Positions 1 through 8,175 of a DNA stretch of 64,000 nt are shown here, in pieces. The first letter of the stretch is position 1. Each line of letters begins with the position of its first letter. Source of the DNA: Caldisericaceae bacterium (lineage in GTDB: Bacteria > Caldisericota > Caldisericia > Caldisericales > Caldisericaceae); NCBI GenBank assembly GCA_049967855.1, contig JBMFRX010000005.1, forward strand, positions 1 to 64,000. The letters are read 5' to 3'. Made by a program: the position numbers and the translations under genes. The notes beneath the pieces were generated by a model, which had not been told where the DNA came from, ran no database searches, and was given only the letters and a program-made list of their open reading frames with translations.

Positions 1-221
1 AAGTAACGGCTAAAGAAGTCATACAATTTAATAAACAAATCGTCTCTAAAAGTAGGATATTTTTCTAATGCTTTTTCAATGTCTTCTTTGAGTAGTTTTT
101 CAATTTGTGAATAGTAGGTTGATTTTATCCGCATCAAATTGATAAAGCCACCTTCGCCTTCAATATTAGCTCCGATAAAAACATCTTGCAATGCCTTATA
201 AAATTTCTCTTCTTCAGTCAT
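1..221 (-). CDS. 5' part of a site-specific DNA methyltransferase, probably a Type III R-M Mod subunit (runs off the window)
   Basis: Translated by hand from ATG at 221: MTEEEKFYKALQDVFIGANIEGEGGFINLMRIKSTYYSQIEKLLKEDIEKALEKYPTFRDDLFIKLYDFFSRY. Open to the window edge, with an AAGGTGG RBS upstream. The N-terminus resembles large Type III Mod proteins as I recall them; catalytic motifs lie outside the window. Confidence 0.65.
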   Translation of the reverse strand, partial: MTEEEKFYKALQDVFIGANIEGEGGFINLMRIKSTYYSQIEKLLKEDIEKALEKYPTFRDDLFIKLYDFFSRY

Positions 222-322
222 AATTGCCACCTTTATATGGAGTATAAGATGCTGTCACTGTGTTCAGTAAGCTTGTTACAATTCTCTTCACCTTTTCCTC
301 CATTCTTGCAACGTATATTCAT

Positions 323-350
323 ATTTTATTATTCACAATATAATTTGCAA
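323..350 (-). promoter_or_regulatory. sigma70-type promoter TTGCAA-N16-TAAAAT for the methyltransferase gene
   Basis: -35 at 345-350 and -10 at 323-328 on the minus strand. Confidence 0.55.
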
Positions 351-394
351 GTTTTTTTGACAGGAAAGTTGGGCTTTTGGAAAAACTCAAAGGA

Positions 395-431
395 GAGATT
401 CTTCCTCGCAAAAGGTGCTCGTCAGAATCAC
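395..431. repeat. REP-like imperfect palindrome (GAGATTCTTC...CAGAATCAC)
   Basis: GATTCT/AGAATC inverted arms, followed by a related GAGATTGCCGCG at about 438-449, just past the MFS stop codon. Confidence 0.4.
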
Positions 432-459
432 AACGATGAGATTGCCGCGGAACGGATGC

Positions 460-1713
460 TCAGGACACATTAGAAGGCTTCTTGAATGTTTCTCCTATGA
501 AGAGCACGATTATAAACAGCAGACCGAATAATGCGGCAAGCATCGCAAGTGGCAATGTGTATTGATTGGTCAGGGTGTGCAGGGCTTCCATCACGGGCAC
601 TATTGCAACAGCTGCTCCGTTGCCTAAAAGCTGCAAGTATGCCGATGAAATGCCTGCAAACTTTGCCCCCGCTATCTCTGCTGACATTGTAAGAATTATT
701 GGAAGAGTAGATACAACAAAGAAACCCATAACGATGGCGTTTACGGAATTTGCAAGGAGACCATTTGCAAACATCAGAACAATAACTGAAATTGTGCCTA
801 CAACAGATGCAAGCAAGAGAAAAGGTTTCCTTCTCATAAACTTGTCTGAGAGCATCGGGATAACAATGCATCCTATCATTCCACTGAAGACAAGACCTGC
901 GGATATGTTACCTGCGTCTACCATAGAGATGCGATGCACTTCGTTTAGTATTTTCTCAAGCCAGGTAACGAGGCCATTGAAAACGCCTATGCCAATGAGC
1001 GATATAAATCCAAGGATTATGAAATCTCTTGATTTAGAAATTCTCTTTATGCCGTCGATATAGGGAATTGCCTCCTCGTTGAAGCTTGTCTTTTCGGAAG
1101 CTGGCTCTGGTTTTGTCAGTAAAAAGAAAATGGGTATGCTTGTAATTCCTGTGATTCCATATATGAGAAGCATCTTCTCAAAGCCGAACGACTGCACGAG
1201 CGCAGGTGTTGCACCAAGCCCCAATATCATTCCAAGGAAAAGGGATAATGAACCAAGTCCAACGGCAGTTGCCTCTTCGTTCTTTGGAAACCACGACACT
1301 GAAAGTTTGGTGATGCCATTTAAGACGAAGGGCTGACCTATCGAGATGCCTATCTGGGAAATGAGAAGTATTGCAAACGAGTTGGGATTGAACAAACGGA
1401 GCAATGCAAAAGCACCTGTGAAGATAGCCCCGATTCCTACACCAAATTTGTATCCCTTTTTGTCGATTATGATGCCTGAAGGAATTGAAAGCAAAAGAAA
1501 AAACAGAGGAAACACAAGAGCAAGAAGCCCAACCTTCATTGCAGATATCTGCAAATGCTGCTCTACATAGGTGTCAATTGCAGCAAAGTTCAGCCAGTAC
1601 AGTTGAGTAAGAGCAGCAACATACATATAGACCGCAAGCACCACCCACCTGTACTTTGAAGATTTACTGCCGTAAGCCTTGTTTGAAAAATGATTATTGT
1701 TGGTTTCTTTCAC
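460..1713 (-). CDS. MFS transporter (12 TM)
   Basis: About 12 hydrophobic segments; motif-A-like GIIIDKKGYK and LSDKFMRRK. Confidence 0.9.
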   Translation of the reverse strand: MKETNNNHFSNKAYGSKSSKYRWVVLAVYMYVAALTQLYWLNFAAIDTYVEQHLQISAMKVGLLALVFPLFFLLLSIPSGIIIDKKGYKFGVGIGAIFTGAFALLRLFNPNSFAILLISQIGISIGQPFVLNGITKLSVSWFPKNEEATAVGLGSLSLFLGMILGLGATPALVQSFGFEKMLLIYGITGITSIPIFFLLTKPEPASEKTSFNEEAIPYIDGIKRISKSRDFIILGFISLIGIGVFNGLVTWLEKILNEVHRISMVDAGNISAGLVFSGMIGCIVIPMLSDKFMRRKPFLLLASVVGTISVIVLMFANGLLANSVNAIVMGFFVVSTLPIILTMSAEIAGAKFAGISSAYLQLLGNGAAVAIVPVMEALHTLTNQYTLPLAMLAALFGLLFIIVLFIGETFKKPSNVS

Positions 1714-1743
1714 TCTCTTCTCCTTAATTTCAAGTAGTAATAT

Positions 1744-1771
1744 ATTTTATGACTTGCAGCGGAATTTGCAA
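1744..1771 (-). promoter_or_regulatory. sigma70-type promoter TTGCAA-N16-TAAAAT for the MFS gene
   Basis: -35 at 1766-1771 and -10 at 1744-1749. Confidence 0.55.
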
Positions 1772-1820
1772 GGAATTTAAGTCTCTGTACGTTAGGAACG
1801 AGAATATATCTTCTGAAGAA

Positions 1821-1925
1821 GTTTAAACCTGACCTTGATTTGAAGTCTGATTTACTTTTTAAGTCAACTTAGCCTGACTTAGAAGCCTGACATCTCTTTT
1901 AAGTCAACTTTGCCTGACTTACAAG
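1821..1925. repeat. 40-bp-period tandem repeat with internal palindrome TAAGTCA-N8-TGACTTA
   Basis: 1857-1885 and 1897-1925 match at 27 of 29 nt; a degenerate earlier copy lies at 1821-1860. Confidence 0.8.
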
Positions 1926-2021
1926 AGTTTGAGAAACAAAGAGAGTGCGCAATGACAGCGTGAACTAAGGCGTGCAATGACTGGGCAGAGGCGAGGTTAT
2001 AAGGATGGAACTTTAATTATT

Positions 2022-2045
2022 AAAAAGGGGCTATGAGAAGCCCCT
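2022..2045 (-). terminator. intrinsic terminator of the ECF/psp operon
   Basis: AGGGGCT-atgaga-AGCCCCT stem with a T-tract on the minus strand. Confidence 0.7.
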
Positions 2046-2071
2046 GTGATTAGAAATATGAGTGAAAGTTA

Positions 2072-2410
2072 TTACGGTTCGCTTGGGACAACAAGGCACA
2101 TCACAATGTATATAACAATGCCAGTGCCTATTGAAAACAGCGTGAGCACAGCCCAAAGAATTCGAACGATTGAAGGGTCAAGGTTGAGATACTCGGCGAG
2201 TCCGCCGCATACACCACAGAGAACTCTGTCCTTGCGAGAGCGATACAGCCTTTTGCTTGAGAAATCTTCTGAGCTAATCTTAGCCGCGCATTCTTTGCAG
2301 TAGAGTTTATCACCGATTACCACAGAATCCTCTGCGCACACTGCTTTACCACAACGAGCACAGACTCCTACTGCGTCTCTATCTGGATGGTTATAGCATT
2401 TCATTGTCAC
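2072..2410 (-). CDS. PspC-domain membrane protein with an N-terminal B-box-like zinc finger
   Basis: PspC signature KRLYRSRKDRVLCGVCGGLAEYLNLDPSIVR; N-terminal CYNHPDRDAVGVCARCGKAVC...CKEC. Confidence 0.9.
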   Translation of the reverse strand: MTMKCYNHPDRDAVGVCARCGKAVCAEDSVVIGDKLYCKECAAKISSEDFSSKRLYRSRKDRVLCGVCGGLAEYLNLDPSIVRILWAVLTLFSIGTGIVIYIVMCLVVPSEP

Positions 2411-2940
2411 TCGCCTCTGTTTCTTGGAATAAACACAATAATACCGAGCAGAATGAGAAGCAAGCCTATGCCATATGTTCTCATAAGCTGGTAAACGCTA
2501 TCGGAGATATTCAGCGCAAATGGCAGGAATATGACAAATGCAAGCGCAACCAGTATGACCCCGCTGAAAATAGTTCTTTCGGAAAACTTGAAGAAAGCTC
2601 CCGAGAGAAGCAAAGCAAGCCCCACCGAGCCAATTATGAAAGCAAAAACCATCGGAGTAGTTGGGCGGATTAAGTCAAACGTGAAAAGAAGTGTTGAGAT
2701 TCCGATAAAAAGCAATGAAAGGTATGAGGTGGCTTCCTCCTTTTCCTTTGAAATAAAATGCTTCGCAGTGTAGTAAAGGCCTTCAAGTAAAAAGAAGATT
2801 CCTAAGAACGTAAAGAAGAAGTTGTTGGTTAGCCACAGGTTCCTGAGGATATAAGCAAACCCCAAAGAAACAAGCAAGCTTCCAAGTCCAAATCTTGAGT
2901 CAAAGTCTCTCATTTTTTCCTCCCATATTTCAATTTTCAC
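2407..2940 (-). CDS. multi-pass membrane protein (LiaF/LiaI-like)
   Basis: About 6 TM segments; overlaps its neighbours within the operon. Confidence 0.6.
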   Translation of the reverse strand: MKIEIWEEKMRDFDSRFGLGSLLVSLGFAYILRNLWLTNNFFFTFLGIFFLLEGLYYTAKHFISKEKEEATSYLSLLFIGISTLLFTFDLIRPTTPMVFAFIIGSVGLALLLSGAFFKFSERTIFSGVILVALAFVIFLPFALNISDSVYQLMRTYGIGLLLILLGIIVFIPRNRGE

Positions 2941-3910
2941 TTAATGAAATTCTTCCAACTGAAGCTAAGTTAAGCAAAATCTCTGCACCGTTGGCAGTGT
3001 AGGCACTGTTAAAATAGCTATTATCTGATTTGCTGAATCCCGACTGGGAAATATTGGTTGCACTGGCAGAAATCTTAGCTCCCTTGTTGGCTGGCACTGT
3101 AACATCAATATTCCCAATTCCGTTTGAGATGCTTCCATCACAGGTACTGTTTAGAGTGGATAAGTTAAGAGAAACGTTGCCTACCCCATTCTGAACATCG
3201 AGTCTTTTGCAAATAAACAAGCCCTCAATTGTAATGTTGCCCGCACCAAGCTTTGCTGACAAATCTTCAATGTCTCCGCCGTTCAATTTGATGCTGCCTG
3301 CCCCAAGTTCTATTTTGGTAGTATTAGAAGTGAGCAATCGACTATCGATATCTATGTTGCCCGCACCAAGCTTTATGCTGAGATTCACAGGGATTTTGTT
3401 TGAAACACATAGTTCAAGATTGCTGCCTGAGGGCTCAGTAATAATCTTTGGGACTGATTTGATGTTTTTAATTGTGACTGTTCCGTTGCTGTATGAAGCA
3501 CTGATATCGGACGAATCAGGATATGATACTGAGTAGAGCCTGTCTGAGCTTGTTGTTATGGAAAGCGTTTTTAAGGCTCCAAATTCAACGACGACGTTAA
3601 GAGTTTTTTCACCTGTCGCAGGCTGTATGGTAAAGAAATTCGAATTACTCTGTTTGAAAACTGGCGGGGCGAATCTGCTTGCCCCGTGGTAAGAGGCCAT
3701 TGCAAATATTATAGAAACTGCCAACACAAGAACTACTGCAACGATTAGGGCTGTTTTTTCTCTTGCTGCCTTGTCAAAACTGAGTGCCTTGTAGCAATCA
3801 GGGCAGTATATCTTGCCGTTCACTTCCTTTGAGCATTCACTGCACAAGGGCTTTTTGCATACAGAACATACTGCGACTGCGTCTCTATCTGGATGATAAT
3901 AGCATTTCAT
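2930..3910 (-). CDS. B-box-like zinc finger + TM + DUF4097/toast-rack beta-strand repeat protein (LiaG-like)
   Basis: CYYHPDRDAVAVCSVCKKPLCSEC...CPDC, one TM, then repeated KLGAGNI/ELGAGSI/NGVGNV/NGIGNI motifs. Confidence 0.8.
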   Translation of the reverse strand: MKCYYHPDRDAVAVCSVCKKPLCSECSKEVNGKIYCPDCYKALSFDKAAREKTALIVAVVLVLAVSIIFAMASYHGASRFAPPVFKQSNSNFFTIQPATGEKTLNVVVEFGALKTLSITTSSDRLYSVSYPDSSDISASYSNGTVTIKNIKSVPKIITEPSGSNLELCVSNKIPVNLSIKLGAGNIDIDSRLLTSNTTKIELGAGSIKLNGGDIEDLSAKLGAGNITIEGLFICKRLDVQNGVGNVSLNLSTLNSTCDGSISNGIGNIDVTVPANKGAKISASATNISQSGFSKSDNSYFNSAYTANGAEILLNLASVGRISLSEN

Positions 3911-4250
3911 CTTTTATCCCTCCCTGGATTATGAAACTCATAACGAAACTGAAGGTGAAGCTAACACATAATATTGTTAAGATTGCCCCCAAAAATGGGT
4001 TCCAAAGAGCCAGATTAAAATCGATATTGAACATACTAAATAGGAGAGAAAAAGTATTCCTCACAGCTTGCAAACGCAAAAGCTCAAATAGAGCAAACGT
4101 TGAGAAAGGAAAAATCAATGCCGAAGTAAGGATTACCCTGATGAGTTTTCTGCGGCCAATGGCAATTGCCACATTGGGATATACATCCAATTCCTTCATA
4201 TCTTGCTCACCTAAACTGTTGAGTGCTTTTAAGAAATCTCTTTCTTTCAT
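3885..4250 (-). CDS. small two-TM protein, putative anti-sigma factor
   Basis: Directly downstream of the ECF sigma gene; short soluble N-terminus plus two TM helices. Confidence 0.5.
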   Translation of the reverse strand: MKERDFLKALNSLGEQDMKELDVYPNVAIAIGRRKLIRVILTSALIFPFSTFALFELLRLQAVRNTFSLLFSMFNIDFNLALWNPFLGAILTILCVSFTFSFVMSFIIQGGIKDEMLLSSR

Positions 4251-4260
4251 ATCGTATTAT

Positions 4261-4288
4261 TTACTCAAGAAAAGGTTGTTTGGTTACA
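4261..4288 (-). promoter_or_regulatory. putative ECF promoter TGTAAC-N16-GAGTAA
   Basis: Lies in the sigma/anti-sigma gap and matches the motif at 22393-22420. Confidence 0.5.
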
Positions 4289-4314
4289 AAAAAATAAAAG
4301 TTTTTTCTGTGCCG

Positions 4315-4818
4315 TTAATTAAGTTTATCAAAGAGCATTTTACGAGCTCTGAAAAGTTGAACTTTGACGTTTTCTGGGGTTCTTCCGACGATTGTTGCAA
4401 TTTCCCTGATAGGTTTGCCCTTGATATAATACAGAATTATGATTTCTTTGAAGTCGTCTGGAAGTGAATAGATAGCTTCGTAAAGCTCTGTATAATCGAT
4501 TGGTTCTTCAGGCGTAATTTCCTGGTCGACCTCTGAGGATAGATTAAGAGAATGCTTTTTGAGATAGTCTTTGAGGCAGTTTGTTGCGATACGCACAAGG
4601 TATGGGAAAAAATCTCTGTCCACGTCAAAATTCTTGAGGCTTTTATAGGCTCTGAGAAATGCTTCCTGCACAACGTCTTCTGCTGTAGCACTGTCTCTCA
4701 CGGTTTTGTTTACAATATTGAAAAGGTGATTCTGGTATCTCCTTACAAGAATACCATAAAATTCTGTTTCTCCTTCAAGGCATCTTATAATACATAGCTT
4801 ATCGGTTGGCTCGTCCAT
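4315..4818 (-). CDS. ECF RNA polymerase sigma factor (SigW/RpoE-like)
   Basis: Region 2 AEDVVQEAFLRAYKSL and region 4 IREIATIVGRTPENVKVQLFRARKML; start probably the ATG at 4818, 7 nt after TATAAT. Confidence 0.93.
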   Translation of the reverse strand: MDEPTDKLCIIRCLEGETEFYGILVRRYQNHLFNIVNKTVRDSATAEDVVQEAFLRAYKSLKNFDVDRDFFPYLVRIATNCLKDYLKKHSLNLSSEVDQEITPEEPIDYTELYEAIYSLPDDFKEIIILYYIKGKPIREIATIVGRTPENVKVQLFRARKMLFDKLN

Positions 4819-5016
4819 TTGTTTTATTATATTTTTATTTGGCAATTTATAAAACGTTGTGAAGCTTTGCTATCGAATCGAAGAAACTATGAGGGCTTAG
4901 TCTGCTGAATTATTAATAATGATTGCTTCAACGGAAATTATTTCATAAGAATCTTTGTTGAACTTTTTGATTTTTTTTAATTTAGTATAGAATATAGGAA
5001 ATAAAAACAGGAGGGT

Positions 5017-5784
5017 TTGATGGCACTTAAGGGTAGCCTGGATGATGCTAGCATAAGCTCGCTTCTTGCAATAATAAAGGAGGCGAAAGACACAGGTAAG
5101 CTTACTGTGACCGCAAAGGATGGCGCAGTTTCAATCTATTTCAAAGAAGGAGTTCCTGTCAATGCTGAAGGAGATAAAAATGCTCTTGGGTCTGTTGAAA
5201 AGTTTGTAACACTTGAAAAAGGTGAATTCGAGTTTGTCAAACTTCCCGATGTCAAAGAGTCAAATGATAAGGAATTAATTCAAAGAATTATTGATGATCC
5301 TTCAAACACAAAAACCGAATGGAAAGAAATAAAGAAGAAATTTCCGATTTATGGAATTTCGTTCAATATAAGCGAAACTCAAACCAAAAATGAAATTGAA
5401 CTTACGAAAGATGAATGGAACATCCTTTTGGTTATGAGGAATCAGAGAAATCTTGCTATGATACTCAAAGCCTCTCCATACGGGGAACTTGAAACATTGA
5501 AACTGCTCTCTTCGCTCCTTGACAAGCAGCTTATTAGTATTTCGCTCTCTGATGAGGAGGCAATAACCGAGGATGATAACGTGGTGCCCGTAAGAGAGCG
5601 CAGTTGGGCAGCACTTACATCTCCAATAAACGGTAAGAACAATCTTGCTTTCTACAATAAAGTCGATGATGAAAAAGATTTCGTAACCATTTGCAAGGAA
5701 ATGAACATTTCACTAAGCGCAGGGCGCGAAATCCTGAAGTACCTATTCGAGCTAGGCAAAATAGGTCTTAAGAAAAAACAATAA
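5017..5784 (+). CDS. DUF4388 (PatA N-terminal-like) domain protein
   Basis: MALKGSLDD...TGKLTV...IYFKEG...GEFEF pattern; GGAGG RBS. Confidence 0.8.
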   Translation: MMALKGSLDDASISSLLAIIKEAKDTGKLTVTAKDGAVSIYFKEGVPVNAEGDKNALGSVEKFVTLEKGEFEFVKLPDVKESNDKELIQRIIDDPSNTKTEWKEIKKKFPIYGISFNISETQTKNEIELTKDEWNILLVMRNQRNLAMILKASPYGELETLKLLSSLLDKQLISISLSDEEAITEDDNVVPVRERSWAALTSPINGKNNLAFYNKVDDEKDFVTICKEMNISLSAGREILKYLFELGKIGLKKKQ

Positions 5785-5790
5785 AACTCG

Positions 5791-6639
5791 CTATTCTTTG
5801 TCGGTGTAGAAGTGAATTGAAAGAACCTCAGGGCCAACGTGAGTTCCAATGACTGGTCCAAGGCGAGTGAGCGTAACAGGAATGCCAAATTCTTTTTCAC
5901 ATATTTTCCTGTATTCCTCTGCCTCGTCGAGATTGTCTCCCCAGGCTATGGTCATATACTTTAAGCCTTTCTTATTGACTATTTCGTGAGTTAGTTCAAT
6001 CATTCTTTCTTTGCCGCGTTTCATTGTTCTTGGCTGCTCTAATGCGTTCACGTAACCATCATCAAAGAACAGAATTGGTTTTATTTTTACGATGCTTCCC
6101 ATAATTGCCTTTGCTTTTCCAATTCTTCCAAGCCTTGAAAGCCAGAAAAGGTCGCCCACAAGGAAAAATATGTTCATATGCTTCTGCAAGTTTGGGATTT
6201 CTTTCAGGATTTCTTCTTTGTTCATCTTATTTTCGTTCATCATTCTTACGATTTCCATAATCTGGAAACCAAGCCCCATAGAGGTGAACTTCGAATCGAA
6301 AATGTTAATTTCTGAACTGCCAATGGATTCCTTTGCAGCATTTGCAGAATTGACTGTTCCGCTTATCCCTGCAGAGATGTGTATGGAAACCACAGTGTTG
6401 CCCTGCTCCACAAGCGGTTTATAAATCGAAGCAAAGTCTTCAGGAGATGGCTGAGTTGTGTCGGGGAGTTCACCTTTTCCTATTCTTTTGTAGAATTCTT
6501 CGTCATTGATGGTGAGATGTTCCCTGAAAGTTGTATCTCCAAACCTCACATATAGAGGGGCAACTTTAATGTCGTTTTCGTCGAGAAATTTCTGCGGCAT
6601 ATAGCAGGTTGAATCTGTTACAATCTTCATTTTGTCCAT
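5791..6639 (-). CDS. DegV family fatty-acid binding protein
   Basis: IVTDST, TTQPSP, HISAGISGT, GRIG, IGTHVGP. Confidence 0.95.
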   Translation of the reverse strand: MDKMKIVTDSTCYMPQKFLDENDIKVAPLYVRFGDTTFREHLTINDEEFYKRIGKGELPDTTQPSPEDFASIYKPLVEQGNTVVSIHISAGISGTVNSANAAKESIGSSEINIFDSKFTSMGLGFQIMEIVRMMNENKMNKEEILKEIPNLQKHMNIFFLVGDLFWLSRLGRIGKAKAIMGSIVKIKPILFFDDGYVNALEQPRTMKRGKERMIELTHEIVNKKGLKYMTIAWGDNLDEAEEYRKICEKEFGIPVTLTRLGPVIGTHVGPEVLSIHFYTDKE

Positions 6640-6640
6640 A

Positions 6641-7483
6641 TTAAGCCTCCTTTGTAATGAATGCTATCCCTAAAAATTCTGGTCCAAGGTGAGAGCCGAG
6701 AACTGGGCCAACACGTCTTTTTTGAACAGGCATAGAAAAGTAATCTTCAACTATCTTTCTATAATTTTCGCCTCCGTGAACGTTGCCTCCGTAAATTGTG
6801 CTTACCTGCGCTATTCCGCCCTTTGAATTGCCGAATTTACTCACTAAATTGAGAAGCTCATCTTTTGCGCCGCGTTCTGTGCGGGAGATTTTGAGCAAAT
6901 CAATGCGCCCCTCATTTAAGTGGACTATAAAATAAAGCTTCATAATGTTGCTGATTGTTTTCTCAAAATTGTTTATTCTTCCGCCTCGTGCGAGGTAATC
7001 AATGTTCATAGGAAGAAAATAACCAAACACCTTTTTATAGTAGTCGTCTATAAAGGATGCAATGTCTTCTCTTGATGCTCCAGCTTTTGCAAGCTCGACA
7101 GCTTTTTGCACTTTGTAGAGAAGGTCTGTTGATGATGAAAGAGAATCAACGACAGTAATTTTGTCAGTTTTGAGAAGCCCTTTTGCAAGATTTGCGGAGT
7201 TGACTGTGCCTGACAGCTTTGAAGAAATATGTATTGAGACTATTTCATCTCCTTGCTCAATGATGGGCTTGTAAACGGCAAGGAAATCTTGTGGCGAGGG
7301 CTGCGATGTTTCAAACACTTCGCCAGACCCAAGTCGCCTGTAGAATTCATCATCAGAAATGTCAATTCCCTCTCTGAAGGAAACTCCATTCGACTTTACA
7401 TAGAGTGGTACAACCTTAACTCCAAGCGATTCTGCTTCACCGTCTTCAAAGTATGCTGTTGAATCTGTGACTATCTTGACCAT
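6641..7483 (-). CDS. DegV family fatty-acid binding protein
   Basis: IVTDST, TSQPSP, HISSKLSGT, GGRI, GSHLGP. Confidence 0.95.
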   Translation of the reverse strand: MVKIVTDSTAYFEDGEAESLGVKVVPLYVKSNGVSFREGIDISDDEFYRRLGSGEVFETSQPSPQDFLAVYKPIIEQGDEIVSIHISSKLSGTVNSANLAKGLLKTDKITVVDSLSSSTDLLYKVQKAVELAKAGASREDIASFIDDYYKKVFGYFLPMNIDYLARGGRINNFEKTISNIMKLYFIVHLNEGRIDLLKISRTERGAKDELLNLVSKFGNSKGGIAQVSTIYGGNVHGGENYRKIVEDYFSMPVQKRRVGPVLGSHLGPEFLGIAFITKEA

Positions 7484-7530
7484 TTCAATCTCCTCTTATT
7501 TTCAAACCACTCATTAAAGGCTTGTCATTC

Positions 7531-8085
7531 CTATTTGACTCTTGGAAGCCAAATGCCAGTCTGGTTTTGATATTTGCCCTTCTTATCTGCGTAGGATATT
7601 TCGCAGGGCTCATCAGACTCAAGAAAAAGCACCTGGGCAATTCCTTCGTTGGCGTAGATTTTGACAGGAAGCGGAGTTGTGTTTGATATCTCAATTGTTA
7701 CATAGCCTTCCCACATTGGCTCAAGTGGAGTGACATTCACAATGATGCCTGCCCGAGCGTAGGTGCTCTTGCCAAGCACAATACACAGGATATCACGAGG
7801 GATTTTGAAATATTCCACGCTTTTCCCAAGAGCAAAGGAATTTGGAGGGATTATGCATTCCCCGCCTTTGAAATCGACAAAGCTTGCAGTGGAAAAATTC
7901 TTAGGGTCAACGATGGTAGTGTTAATATTTGTGAACACTTTGAATTCGTCTGCTATTCGCATATCATAGCCGTATGAGGAAACACCAAAAGAAATCTTGC
8001 CTGAACCAATCTGAGAACTTTCGAATGGTTCTATCATTCCTTTACTTGCCTGCTGCTTTATCCACTTATCAGATTTAATGCTCAT
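7531..8085 (-). CDS. dcd: dCTP deaminase
   Basis: [31 protein letters not shown]. Confidence 0.97.
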   Translation of the reverse strand: MSIKSDKWIKQQASKGMIEPFESSQIGSGKISFGVSSYGYDMRIADEFKVFTNINTTIVDPKNFSTASFVDFKGGECIIPPNSFALGKSVEYFKIPRDILCIVLGKSTYARAGIIVNVTPLEPMWEGYVTIEISNTTPLPVKIYANEGIAQVLFLESDEPCEISYADKKGKYQNQTGIWLPRVK

Positions 8086-8175
8086 ACACTAATTATATAA
8101 AATATCACAAAAATATAAAATAAAAGAACAACTGACAAGTTTTTGCAGCAGGAAAGCGAAATTTTGAAATGGAGA

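Noticed and set aside
186..473. 95-aa plus-strand ORF
   Set aside because: Overlaps the methyltransferase start and promoter, has no RBS and no recognisable motif.
1821..1925. Mini CRISPR array
   Set aside because: Only two good copies, an 11-nt gap that is too short for a spacer, and no cas genes.
3784..4467. 227-aa plus-strand ORF and the many other antisense or off-frame ORFs in the track
   Set aside because: They shadow well-supported genes and have no motifs or RBS.
4855..4934. Imperfect long-range inverted repeat between the ECF sigma and DUF4388 genes
   Set aside because: Short, gapped arms that are compatible with chance.
5791..7483. Tandem degV genes as a novel system
   Set aside because: Multiple DegV paralogs are common.
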